A DNA stretch of 63,573 bases, the filler included, from Choristocarpus tenellus KU-1152 (lineage: Eukaryota; Protista; Phaeophyceae), in the NCBI GenBank assembly GCA_964200185.2. It is 10 parts of 10 records of this genome, joined end to end, with 100 filler letters (N's around TTAATTAATTAA, not from the genome) between each part and the next. Parts side by side here need not be neighbours in the genome. Positions count along the whole stretch, not along the records: positions 22,652 to 27,316 come from CAXNAD020013556.1; positions 27,417 to 46,640 come from CAXNAD020000484.1; 8 more parts are not named here. One strand, 5' to 3'. The translations under genes were made by a program, and so were the position numbers. This document shows, piece after piece, positions 26,200 to 39,703 of this stretch. Each line of letters begins with the position of its first letter. Position 1 is the first letter of the stretch. The notes under the pieces are model-generated. The model was not told where the DNA came from. It saw only the letters and a program-made list of their open reading frames with translations, and did not search any database.

Positions 26200-26484
26200 G
26201 CAATCGTCCAGAGGCCCAAAGAAACCTGAAGAGGAAAAGACGACAGAGTTGATCACGGCAAACCTCAGCGCGACCCATACAGTCGACCTGGCCACGTCTG
26301 CTTTCTTGTCTCAGAGGTACAATGCCAATCTTCTTGATAAGGAGAGGGTAGAGTCAATGTTTTCAAAGCTGCGCCCAGACCCACAAGTCACCACCGATAC
26401 ATTTGCGGGGATCCTGAGTGGACAGCCTTTCTCTTTGTGCTCACGATGGAAAACGATCCATAAGTTCAAGGCCGACATGCACAG
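26200..26484 (+). pseudogene. Second copy of the ParB-like exon, truncated at a MITE
   Basis: LITANLSATHTVDLATSAFLSQRYNANLLDKERVESMFSKL...AGILSGQPFSLCSRW...FKADM; 60/79 aa identical to the 14461-14700 copy by hand count; same acceptor phase. Confidence 0.85.
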
Positions 26485-26742
26485 GAGTGAAAGTATCTTA
26501 GAGGGTACGAGTTTTGCCCTGTTTGTCCATTGGGGCTTGGCTTCCCACGAGGTTTTTATGACATTTTACCTACTCCAAAATGTTTTGGAGTAGGTAAAAT
26601 GTATACGTTATGAAAAGGTGTGTCCAGAACAAGGATATTGCCACTTCCTAACAAACATGATAGCCAGAATTACATCAAAATCAGAACGTTGGATTTTTGC
26701 CCCCAAACGGACGTGGTTCTACCCTCTAAGATAATTTGACTC
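26485..26742. mobile_element. MITE family A copy
   Basis: Both TIRs present. Confidence 0.92.
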
Positions 26743-28469
26743 CAAGGGAGACTCCCAATGGGAGTGCAGAAATCGTGATCAAATTACAGGTGTATAGCTG
26801 CAGCACCAATCAGTATATACTTGTGTATATAAAATTCAACGGCATATCACATGGATGTTCAAATCAATTAGAAACAAAGTTACAAAAAGAAAGTCAAGTT
26901 TAAACCGTGGACAAACATGGGGATGGAGTTGGATATACACCATCACTGAAATAACTGTTAAACAAAACAGTTGTTCTCCTGAAAAAAAAAATATAATAAT
27001 AATAATAATAAAATGAAATAAAATAAAACAAGTGTGCCAGAGCCATTAGGAAAAAAAAATGAACTCGGGTCTTCTCCGTTCATACATGGGTGCACATGTA
27101 AAAAGAAAATTCAACTTATCATAATAAGGTGATATCGTCCAAACAAACATCCACATGAAATATATATTTTGATATACAGTACCTACCCCGATTTTGTTCA
27201 CCCATGGGTATGCCCTATAAAAGCGGCACAGAATCTATATAGTATAATATCGATTTTGTAGTAATTAGGGTTATGGTTAGCTGGAAAATCAATCGTTGAA
27301 GTGACTGCTTAATCGTNNNNNNNNNNNNNNNNNNNNNNNNNNNNNNNNNNNNNNNNNNNNTTAATTAATTAANNNNNNNNNNNNNNNNNNNNNNNNNNNN
27401 NNNNNNNNNNNNNNNNGGTTGCCATGCCAACGTTCTGACCCTGGACATGCCCAGTTCAGGCCTCAAAATCACCCCGAAAAACCCCTACTTGGACGACTTG
27501 AAGCAGCTCGAGTTTGTACCTGATGATCCTCGACCTCCACCTTTTCTGAAAGATGAGATTGTCAACCCTTTTTCATTCTGTGGGGTTATCGTCCCATTCG
27601 GCACCGTTCTCGCTCAGCGAGCCCAGATGTCGCAGCAAAAACTTATGGCACAGAGGTACAATTTTTATGTTTCCAAGGTAACCAAGCCTTCCATAGAGTT
27701 GCTGTTTTCTATTAAATTAGGATGTAAGATTTATACAAAATCGTTTCCTAGATATCAAATCACAACGTAAGATTTGTACGAGATTGCTATTAAATCATAA
27801 TATAAGATTTGTACATGATCACTGTTATTGTTGCTTCGTACCAAACTAGAACTTGAGATATGTGTACTATTCTTGCTGCCTACTAAATCACAGAAGGTCT
27901 GATCAAGGAATGGATCAAGAACACAAATACGAAATTAAGTTCTCTCAACAACTAACCCTTTACTATCATATCCGTCACTATCCTATCAAAACATCCGACC
28001 AAGAGCAAGGTGGTAAAATTTCAGTGCCGAACGATACCAAAACATTTTTACCCTAATACTTGAGAGAGGTGCTCTGGCGATGAGTTGTTGGTCAAAGTGG
28101 GCATCATGCCAGGGCAGCAACGGCACAGCCGCTGAAGAGATCATAGTTCTTTGCAGGTAAGGAGCTGAAACGTGACCATAGAGATGAAGCAAATATTTCA
28201 GTATATGAAGAACGAGGAGGTATTTGAAATGTTTGATATTCTTAGTGAGGATGAGAGAACATGGCAGCTACTCCTTCCATTTTATAGGGTATCCCTGTCT
28301 TTGAATGCAAACAGTTGAAGGTAAAGTTTCACGTACACATGTGTAACGCGATTAGGGAGTGGTACAAGATTGACATTAGAGTTGGATATTGTATGCCGTT
28401 CTTTCTCTAGCCGGTAGATTTCCTACTATCGATAGCATGCTTGGCTCTGGGGATGTTGTAAACACAGTG

Positions 28470-28650
28470 TGGGGGGTTTTCCTACCATAGCTGAGGCGTT
28501 CCCATTATTTGGTGTCCCGACCCTTTTGGTCCTTGACAGGATCTATGTTCTCTCGTTAAATAATCGGACCTGGCTCTAAGCCCCACTGCAGGGTGGAATC
28601 CTTCCTTACAAGATATCATAGATCAGTTCCTATGTTTGAACTGTCTATAG
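28470..28650 (+). repeat. Dispersed ~180-bp repeat with 3' hairpin; second copy at ~43430-43608
   Basis: Shared ATAGCTGAGGCGTT, TTTGGTCCTTGACAGGA and AGATCAGTTCCT.TG.TTGAACTGTCT.TAG. Confidence 0.75.
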
Positions 28651-29209
28651 ACATTTAACTCTGAACAAATGTGTGGTAGTATTACTAGTAGGAACAGTAC
28701 TGGTGGTGCAGAAACCAACAGAACTTCACACACAAAACCAATCCACAAAGTAGGAGGTCTGTGATACTCTTGATGTTAATTCCCAGGGGTGAGTAACTGA
28801 TAGTACGTTGAAGGTACAACCATTTTTAGCAATGCTTCTATATATTATTATTTTTTAATGAATGGGTCTACTGCCTGTGGTGATGACGTTCTACAGATAA
28901 CACAGTAATGTAAGAATATGATTTCAACGCTTATGAACATCTTCCCCTTTCACTTAATCCAGCTATTCTTATCCATGTTAACTATTAATTCGCTTAAGGA
29001 AGTAAACAAGAGGTGCCCAGGTGTTAGCTGTAATGTATTTCAGCCGTTCTCTTTCCATATCTTGCAAGCAACTAGGTGCTGCTTGCTGTTGTCCAAAACA
29101 AACAACATACTACCCACGTCTTGATCCTACATTTCTCCTCCCTCAACTGTACCCATCTTGGAACACAAAATTATGAAATCTGTCTGCAGCTATCATCAAA
29201 AGGCAGGCA

Positions 29210-32200
29210 TTAGATATTGATGCTCTGCGGAATGTCAGGGGGCAGCAGGATCTTGTAGGCGAAATTTTTAGCTGCCCTTTTGTCCATTCCTCTGCTCTTC
29301 CAAGCACTAACAACATCACCGTTCCTGATGTCACGCGAATAGTCAAGCAGTACAATTTTGGGTTAGTGCGTGTTGGATGTTGTACAGGGGTCCACGAAGT
29401 TTAAAATGTAGAAAACATTTTTTTTGAAGCAGGTCGGTGTTTTAAAAAAATTGGTAATCATGGTGGGACTAAGATAAGATGTGATATAGTCCCTTCGGAC
29501 TCCATCTGGGGTGGGGGGTGGCGGGTGTCCATATCTTGTCAATTTTTTCCATGTCACAATTTTTGGGTGGTTTTGTTGCATTCGTCGTATGGATAATGTA
29601 AGTGCAACTTTCCTGGTCAGGGCCGAAATGGACACCCTCGTGTAGACCCTCCCCCCCCTAGATACCGAGGCTTTGGTAATTTTTGAGTAACATCAATGAG
29701 GACATGTCCATACCAACTTATTATTTTGAAGAGTCAGGTATACATGTACCTTAGACTATCACGACTTCTGCGAAAGAGCTGAAAGATATTGTTTGATACT
29801 AGTACCTTCAAGGGACTGGTAGGTTCAACCGAAATGTGGGGACATGGTACACTCCAAGATTTGTCGGGTATTGACGTAGTCAAGGGAAACAAGGTTAAAC
29901 TAACAGTGCTCATTATGTACAAATTCTGAGGGGGTTGAGAAGGGCTAGATTTAGGATCAGGGTTGTACTCACAGGTCTTCAATGTCATCCTCGTGATCTT
30001 CAAGGAAGTCAGCAAACTTCTTAAGGATGGGTTTCACTCTGTCATCATCAAATGCATCCACTTCATAGTCCCCAAGACTGCGGTAAAGTGCAGGTATATT
30101 CGGGATTAGCATTGTGAATCATGTAAAATATGAACTTCAGAGGGAATGCAAGAGGTAGGGGAAGTTTGGTGGGGGAAGAGATCAATGGGAATTTTAGTTG
30201 CATACACCAGATGGAAAATATATGTCCACCTCTCCTGTTCAGGGTCCGAATGGACACCCTGGCATAGACCCCTCCCCCACCCCCCCTACATACTTTTGAG
30301 TCAGATGCCTAACAGAATATGGTCCTACATGCGCACTACATGGCTCTACGTGATACACAAACGCGCAAAAAAATGTTTGTACAATAGAGCAAGATCAACT
30401 ACCAGGTGATAAGATTGAGGTAAAAAGCAACAAAGCAAGCACTTCAACATTTTCATTGTACAACAAATACGTTTTTAAGTATGAAGATTTTCGTGCCGTG
30501 CTTTTTAGCCTTAGGGTTACAACTAACAAAATATATGAAGCTCCTCTTCTACAATAGGTTGGAGGTGCTTGCCCCACAAAGTAGTGGGCACATCAAAATA
30601 GCAGGTGGAAAGTATGGTCGCTATTGGAAGCTCATGCCTGGTGTGGTGAACACCCCCAAGGAGCTTGCCAACAAAGAGCTGGCTCCTCGCCAATTCAATA
30701 CGCGGGAGATATGATATGTAGTCATCTTCAGTGTAGGAGGTCTGCCGAGATAACGTGGACAAGGTGATGAACATGATCTAAGTTGCAACTGTAAACATCA
30801 GACCAAGAAGATTGTTGAGCATTGCATTTAGCAAGATATTGTTCAACAACACCTACTTGAACATAACCTTGTCAACAAATTCCAGAAAAACAGAAAAAAA
30901 GTATTTCTTCCAAACACAATAGCATGTGCTCCACTGTTTTGTTAGCTTCAAACAAATTCTTACCTTGTTTTGTTCGGTTGGGTTTGGTTGCATTAGACCA
31001 AGGGGGTAGGCTGGAGCGAAGGACATGATGGGCTTCTGAGGGAAGTTGACAGCTGCGTGGAGGGTGCTGGCTGTGAAGATAACACTAGCAATCACCTATT
31101 TTATTGAGTCATTGATTAAGGTGTTGGAGTTTATGGTTGGGTGAGAGGAGGTAACAGAGACTGCATTACAGCACAAGGCAAGCGTTCTAACAAGTGTTGA
31201 CCACACTCAAGGATTATATTGACAAGATGAGAACATCAAGGCCGGATGTCCATTATGGGGTTTACAGTTTCAGACCTTGCAAACTTTTCGATACTTGGAT
31301 GTTCACCAGTAAGAAAGGTTCCCTATTCTGAGGAGTCGAAGTTGTGTACATCTGAAAAGCATGTGAGAGCCACCACTATTCTGATCCATTTTACCAAGGA
31401 AGTGAACGATTTTATGCTCCAATTTGTGGAAATATTCTCTCCATTAGGTGTGAGCATAAGACAAACTCAAAGCAAGATGTTTCATAAGCCCAGTAACGGC
31501 AAATCTATCACGATCAAAGAATTATCTGACTGATGTTACTCTTGTGTGTACTACTATGGTAAAACAACCCTACTTTAACCCATTTTAGAAGTAAACAACC
31601 AATTTTTAAGTGGTACCTCACCTTGGTAAGGAAGCCAAGCTTGTTGTCGGTGGTGTCAAACTCTGCCAACCATGCTGACCTTCCGTTGTCAACCATATCT
31701 GCTACCCAGTTCTGAAAGTGCAGAAACACCACAATATCATTTCGCTCAAATGTTAATTCAATGTTGCTGAGAAGGTTCTACAACACACATTCCAAATACA
31801 TAGTATTTTGTCTGATAAAAATGTTCCTTTGCTCTGTACATGGCACTGATGAAAACACATTTGAATGCATGTATACTCTACACACTGTTTTATTAAGAAA
31901 AAGGGTTAAGACATATTATATGGTCTCTCACCTTAAGCTCGTGGTCGCCGGCAATCTCCCTATCCTGCACCTCTTTTGTGCTACCATAATAGATCTGGAA
32001 TAAGATTGAGATTCAAGATAGATATGCTGCAAGTTAAAAACCAAACATAGGAGACGAGTATGAAGTAAGAAAGCTACCACATTATTATCACACATAGATC
32101 GACCCATGTTGTTTCTTGCACTCCAAGCTGAAAACGCCCAAGGCCTGACCATTTTCTGGGAAAATTAACTTTCGCGCCCTTGTGCAACATTCAGTTAAAG

Positions 32201-35200
32201 TTTAGTACACCTGTTTAATCTTTCTGTGGTGATCATTACCTACCTCGAGGTAGCTAGTAACCAACTCAAGGGTGGCATCCCAAATGGGCATGGCATCATC
32301 ACGGAACCGGTATGAGTAGGGGAAGGACTTGGCATCCATTTGCCTCTCCTGAAGCTCTGCAGGAAAAGAGAAGTCCTTGGAAAGACGTTTGATAACCTGT
32401 CGCATAATTGCAACCGAACAGAGAGAGGATGCAAAGTGAGATGTAGTACCTTACAGTATGACGATAAAATAGAAGTGTACACAATTGAACAATTCTATCA
32501 TAGCCCCACCTCAAAACCAAACCCTAACCCTGATCCACACCAACGATGTGTACGATAGCAGGTGAGTTGATGTTAGTATCTTACCTCAGAAGTGATGACT
32601 GGGTAGATTGCCTCAATATCTGCACCAAGCAGGTTGTCCACAGTTCCATCCTTCTCAATTAGTACACCAGATGCCGCGTCATTGATGAAAGCACTTCCCT
32701 CCATGTGGGGCTTGAGAAGTTTGTAGATAGGGTGGCGGTCACTGAAGTGCCGGTTTGTGGCCACAAGGAAGGGTTCAATTGTAAGATGGGTCTGGCCAAG
32801 GTGACTGATGCCCTCATGCCACCTGTATTTGTAAAAATCAGAACATAGATTCAGGTCAGTGCCAGAGCATTGACTTTGACAAGAGAAAAAAGGAGAAATA
32901 TCTTCAACGATCCCTCCATAAGAGTAATGCACAATAGCACTGCCCCCCAAAAAAATGAACTTTAGCTTTGGCCAAAATAAGGTACTGTTTTCTTTGATCT
33001 TGCAACAAGGTCCATCTATAGCCTATAGCCTAGTATCAACATGCTGAACTGAGGATCTCCTCTCCTCTCATGATGATCTAACCCTCACCACTGTCTCTAT
33101 GTGATATTTTCTCCTCAACCAGCACCTATTATACGATACCTAACTTGCATTATGACAAATTAAAGTAATCAACAAAAAGTTGGTAACTATTTTACGGCCA
33201 CTAAGGAGGGTACACCAGAACCAGCTGAAATAGACATTTACAGGGGACTGCTCAGGCTTGTCATCAGTACAATGGTGCTTGGAAAATTAGTTTGAACCAC
33301 CCTCTTTCAAATAGTGCCAATGCCACCACCAAGGCTTTGGGGGGGTGGTGACAGATTCCTTATGTTCAACAAAAAATGAGTACGTTCTCAGGACCAACAA
33401 CAAATTACGATTTAGGTTCAGGTTTGAGCAACAGAAGGAGATACATTTGGAAAAAATAAAAAAGCAAAGGGAAAGAGACTTCTCGCAGAAAATCCTTACA
33501 TGCCATCACAGCTTTGGTAGCAAAGCTTAGCGATCTGCCACGCCCAGCCATCATCAGGTGTCATGATTGGGGGAAGAGCCTCTCCATCCTTGGCCACACC
33601 ACACTGTCGATTAGGATCAGGCCTTGGTACAATTATTTTAAAGGCATTATTGCACGTTTGTTCAAGACCACCTGTTAAAAGTTCAAAAAAATAAATGTGC
33701 CTTTGGATAGAAACAAAAATACTCCAGCCTGTACAAAGAGTCAAAGGAAATAGAAGGCATCAAGAAAGTCCCCTATTACCTGAATGGCGACAGGTAGAAG
33801 GGGCTGCAGCTCACGGAATTCCTTGTCTGGATTGATCTCAAACAGACCAATTGTAGGGTTCACACACTTCTTCTCCAGCTCCCCATTTCTACAGCACAAT
33901 AAGCAAGGCATCACCAACAATACGCACGCACTCAATACTAGTATGAAAAAATATGAATGAGGTAGGCACATGAACTTATATTTTCACACAACCCTTATAC
34001 TATTGGGGCAAGGGTTGGGTAATAATATAGGATCGCATTCTCTTGGCTGAGTGTAAACCATCATTATGTGGTACACTAATATCTTTTTGCTCAAACACAA
34101 TAGTGACAGTTCAAGTGCAGAGCATATAATTTACTCAGTACTGAAATTCGAAGACTAGAAATTGCAGTACACTATAGGCAATTGCTGTTGTACACTATTG
34201 TTGCAGGTTCAAATACAGAGTACTGGTTAGATTATTTCATTGTCGAAAGCAGCTGGCGAGTAAACAACACAGATTTTACTCACATCCCAACGATGTCCCC
34301 TTCCTCTATTCCATCCCAAAGCGACCAGTCCACAGCATAAAGGGTCTTTTGTCTCATTGCTCCCTCCAACTACAGTTAAGAGTAACATGAACATCCACCA
34401 TAGTAATCGGAATGTCAACTATAGTCATTGTATGATTGGCATTGGTACAAATGCCAAGGTGGTGTAAATCACATCCAAGAACATTGTCAATAAATGGGTA
34501 TGCTTGAGTCGCTGCTCTTCTACTACAGAACTTGGGATTGCATGCTGAACTGAACGACTTGACTGGGGTAACAATGACACTACCACCAATAATGAATATG
34601 GTGTCAGTTACGGCAGCTACAATTGAAAATACCAGAAAAACGCAGTAAAATAATATGTTTGCTGGGTCTGTGCCACTCGAACAAACTTTCTCTCGACATG
34701 AATAAACACTAGCCACCACACACATTTTTTTGGAATTTTCAATAGACTTGAGAAAACTGTTTATACGCATTTGTACTCAAAGTGGAATTTTGTCGTACAT
34801 CTCTCACTTACTTCCGACTCTTATTTTATCTTGTTTTCACACAGGGTAACACATGGCCCTGCAAGGCACTAGACCCTACCTACAGACTGGAATGGGTCCT
34901 TAATCAAAGCACAAAATATCGACATACGGACTTCCTACAATCTTCATCGCCACATACAGGTAGATAGTACCTGGGATAGAACAGTACTACTTGTTCACAT
35001 CTTGCTAAAAAGAATCAAAGAATATTTGATTCAGAGGTTGTTGACTGTGAAGAGCAATGATGAAATGGATTCATCATGATTTCGACACCCCTATTTTATT
35101 TGTCAAGAGTGTTCATGTTAATGGCATACATATAATCAAATGTTTTTCATTATTTGAAAAATTCTTAATTTGTTAACTCAACTCTTAACAGTATTGAGGT

Positions 35201-38200
35201 TCAAAACACAGCCCTTAACCTTTTCAAGAAGTCAAAGAACTAAAAATATTTAAACAGTAGTTAGAAAGCGTACAGATAGGGTTAGGGACAGCATTAAACA
35301 ACGATTTCCACAACCATATTGTACACCCTATTAGGAAAGCCACCATAGTAACTGTCAAAAACCTGAAGACCATCGACAAGAACTAGGGATACATTGGAAA
35401 TGCTTGCACTATATGAAGAAATAAGTCAGCACATTCATTAGGCAGTATCACATTCACCAGACCTTTTTCTTGAGCCCAGCATACTGCTTCTGTGCCAGCG
35501 TCTGGGAAAGCTTGTTGAACACGTCATCACTGCAAGGACGAATCACCACTGGGTTTGGTCCTTGAGACAAAAAATGAAAAGTACGTAGCAAACAAGCATG
35601 GGAGAAATATTCATTTCACTCACAATTTTCCTAAGTATGTGTACAAATGTCCAAGGACAGTGTCCAACTTTGGTGCTCTAAAACAGCATTGTTCTGATAA
35701 GAGTGACTGTTTACTGAACTCGAAATCATGCTTTTAAGACGCTACCAGAAAGGGTAGATGTGTGTACCACTCATAAAAAGAAAGTTAAAATAAAAAAATA
35801 GTGAAGGATTCAGTTTTTATGGCAGACATAGAATAGATGCCAAAACCTTCAAGATGTCAAGCTGTTTTGACAAAGATCAGAAAAATACCAACACGGACTG
35901 CTTTAGAAGGAACACAATGATGACAGAACAAATATGTGCATCCCCTTCAAGCAAAGTACTATCAACAAAATGACTGTTACTGCTAACCTCTGGCAAAAAC
36001 AACTAAGTAGAAGACTTAGGCATAAATGTCCAAACTTTCATCTATCTCAAAAAACTCCTGAACCCTAAACCTATCTCCATTCATTGGTTAAGGATTTTGG
36101 CACCTATGAAACAAGTCCACTTCAGCGTACCATTTATCACAATTTTATTTTAAACTAGTGGGTAATCCACCTATTCTTCTGTAAAACGATGTATTGGAAA
36201 TGGCAATACTCTGATCTTATGAGCACAATGTTGTTATGAACACATAGGAAACCACTCAGACAAAAATTAAATGTGAAAAAAAGAAAAGAGGTGAAAACAT
36301 TTTAAAATCAAATTTAGGGGACACCTATTGCGGATAACCCACGTATCCATCCTGTCTCTTGACATCATAGGATTTGTCACAATAATAATCTCGAAATCAC
36401 TTTGTAGTTCAATTTGACGTTTCACAACAGTAGTGGGTAGTTACATTAAGTGGTACGTATGACAAGAAATTCCTATTCTACTCTTTGAATAAAATTTATG
36501 AATCATCCGAACAAGCAGATTTTCCTTACCCTGAAGACGGAGTCGTGCAAAGGCTAAGTCATCATCGTGATCAACAACACTTTTTGGCTTGGAGTTGGGG
36601 AACTCGAACAGATCCACAAAATCACCAAGGTCCTCAGCCTGATAATCATATGTATGGAGTAATGTTGCTAAGGTTAGGAGTTAGAGCTCAAAATGTGTGG
36701 AGTGGGCAGGCTGCATTACAATACTACAGATTGAAAGTATCTTAGAGGATAGGAGATTTGCCCTGTTTGTCCATTTGGGGCTTCGCTTATGGTTTTTTTA
36801 GGACATTTTCCTGCTCCAAAATGTTTTCCGATGTAGGTAAAGTGTATACACTATGAAAAATACATTCGGAACAAGGATATTAACCCTAACCCTAATAACA
36901 CAATAGCAAAAATTACAACAAAATCACAACATTGGATTTTGCCCACAAAAATGGACGCAGCCCTACCCTTTAAGATACTTTGACTCATACTATGATCAGT
37001 GAACTATAAACAATGATAGGAAGGTGAGAATAGTTCTATTAACGGCCTATAAAATTGGCTCGAAGTACCTGGTGAAGAGGTGAGGAAGGGTCTACACCAA
37101 GGTGTCCATCCGCACCCTGAGAGGAAAAGTGCACTTACAATATCTATCCAACGCATGTAATGAAATCACCCCAAAATCGCGACATGAAAAAATGGGCCCC
37201 AAATGGACAACCACCACCTCCCCCAGGTACCATGCGCAAATTACATGATGCAATTTAAAACGCTCTGTGCACTTGGGGTTAGGAACATAGTTTTCTACTA
37301 CTCGATAATTGGACACGTGAAGAGAAATGACCCATACATTAAAGCGAAGTAGAACCCATAAAAAATTATTATTATCTCACAATAGTATCAGCCCAGTTAG
37401 TGCTGCCGTTGAACATGATGGATTGAGCCAGCTCACGGAAAAAGTGAAGGTGGTCATCTTGCCCAATTAAGGTTTTAATTATCTCATCCAGACCAAATGA
37501 AGCCCTTGAACCACACCAGCGAAAGAATGTGGATGAGCAAAGGGAAGGTGTTCAGTATCACTCACTCGAAATGGTAATCCTAACAAGTGGTACAATATTT
37601 CTCGAGACAGAGAGGGTTTCCATAGTTACAAAAACTAGTTGCATGCCTACTGTTGTGGATTCCTGTATTGGAACCTTGTAATTATCCTGGTTCATGCTGG
37701 GCAAATAGATCAAACTCTAACTGCAATGGTGACTCATAGAAAGAATGATCTCTCACCTGAAGCCTCCAAGGAGAAGTCTCACAACTGTACCAGCAACCTT
37801 AACCGCCCAACTCAGACTTGGTCCTTCCAACATAAAATTGAATTCTTCTAGGTAGGGGCTACCTTGTGGATTTACCTATCAAAAACGTTCAGCACAGTAT
37901 GGTCAACACGCAGGAGTTATCATTTGGATTGGGGCCATGACATTATCAGGTACAGCGCCCTGATTAGGAAGGCAAAGGTATGAGTAGAAATGCTTGGGCA
38001 TTCTTCTGTACAATGAGGAATGAGAAATATGTACTTTTCAAACAGATAGAAAAAGAGAGGAAATGTAGGGGCAAGGTTGACTCTTGAACAGGAACATGTT
38101 GCACTTGAATACATTAAGTAGAGCGTACGATACTGCATAATAATAGGAAAGGTATCACACTGTTACTTGCCCTAAGACTGACATCAATAGAAATATGTTC

Positions 38201-39703
38201 AGTACATACAATGCTTCATTCAATGTATGATCACTAGTAACCCAGATGCAATTATGTCCCACAAAGTATTTACCTCATGTGTCCATTTGTAGTTTTCCTT
38301 GTTCGCCTCAACAGCTGCCAGTCTCTCTGCTGGTTCAGAGTCGTGCTGATTTGAGGTCATGAGTGTTTAAGTTGCGGCCAAGTTAGCATCAGTGAAAAAA
38401 TAGAAAAATAGAAAATAGAAAAAAAATTATATACTGGACATATTCACTTCATCACAGGAAAACTAACACCTCCATGAACTAAGCATAATCAATCGTATAA
38501 ATCAATATTAGAAACAGCCATGTCATCTTCTTGTATTTAAAAGATACCAAAAGCAATGGGCACAGAGTTGCTTTGATGAATCCAAAAATAAGATTCATGT
38601 TGTATATTACGAATTACAGTCTTCCTCGTAACACCTTCATTTTGTAAACTTTGACCAGGCGGATGAACATCGGATTGCATCCGCTACACAGAGGTTGGAA
38701 CAGGGAATCTAATGCTTCACAATCGTAATCTCTACACCTATCCCTTGTTGCGATTACTTTTGAATGCTATGGGTTTGACACGATAGAAATAGATATTTCA
38801 AAGGTCAGGGTTAGAATTGCAAGGCCATTACTAGCCTACATTATAGAGTACACTGAGTACAGCCAACACATCTACAGCAAGGAACATACCCACAGATTTT
38901 GAACCCACAACAACACCTACGTAAGAATCCCAGTCCGAGGCCGGTACCAATAGTGTTGCACCCAGCCCTGCAGTACAGTACTGCGGCGAGGGAAAGGTTT
39001 AATTATCAACAAGTATGAATCACTTCGACTGGAGCAAGAAAAGCTTACACTTAACATCACATAAAGTAGTTGTTGAACTTTATTCAAGGACCTCTGGATG
39101 GGATAAGAGCCACTGATGGAGTTTCTTCCAGAAATTTTCGGAATTGGAGGCTCCCTCAGAGTTAATTATGAAAGTCAGCTAGGTGACTCCGTGGGTGTAT
39201 GTACCATTGTTGCAACCTAAACTGTCCAACAGTTAGTTGCATATTCTACCCTCTTCTCTAAAATAGATTCCGTTGACTGCTATCTGTGTAACATTTCGAG
39301 GGTTCAAACCATAACCGACCAGGACTCTTACATGGATATCTGGTTGAGATAAAAGGAATCCTCACCATACACATAGTATAGTCTCTTTAAACAATTGCAG
39401 AACGAAAAACGAGTGGACTAGCATAAAAATGCACAACTGAAGTTAGAAGGGAATAGGGGTGGTGTGGCATATAGTGTACAATATGCGCCGGTTCACATTT
39501 AGCGATAGCTACATATACTCAAGAAAAGGATCAAGGCAAGGTTGGAGTCAGAGCTACCAGCGAGGAAAAGCAATGTGGTACATTTTGTTCGTTGAGTAAA
39601 GGTGTTTGCCGGTGTTCTACCCGAAATTCACCTGGGGAAGAACGGTAGTGTGCAGGGCAGTACCAATTGGAAGCGACCTCGACAGTGTCCTTCTCTCTCG
39701 CAT
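29210..39703 (-). CDS. LOX: Lipoxygenase (non-haem iron, no PLAT domain), 17 exons, 630 aa
   Basis: Phase-consistent exons: 39632-39703, 38274-38345, 37757-37875, 37381-37504, 36530-36638, 35463-35560, 34284-34369, 33780-33888, 33500-33603, 32585-32822, 32244-32396, 31932-31994, 31622-31711, 30964-31095, 30638-30741, 29973-30077, 29210-29324 (sum 1893 nt). Motifs FARLRLQGPNP, WQIAK, HEGISHLGQTH, HPIYKLLKPH, FRDDA, HAAVNFPQ, C-terminal IPQSINI*. Confidence 0.95.
36729..36986. mobile_element. MITE family A copy in LOX intron, with a TAACCCTAACCCTAA patch
   Basis: Both TIRs present; telomere-type repeat at ~36881-36895 replaces consensus sequence. Confidence 0.9.

Noticed and set aside
27417-27770. 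ORF at contig start
   Set aside because: No recognisable family on either strand.
37912-37959. Extra LOX exon GAVPDNVMAPIQMITP
   Set aside because: No phase-compatible GT donor; direct splicing 38274->37875 already gives a homologous-length sequence.
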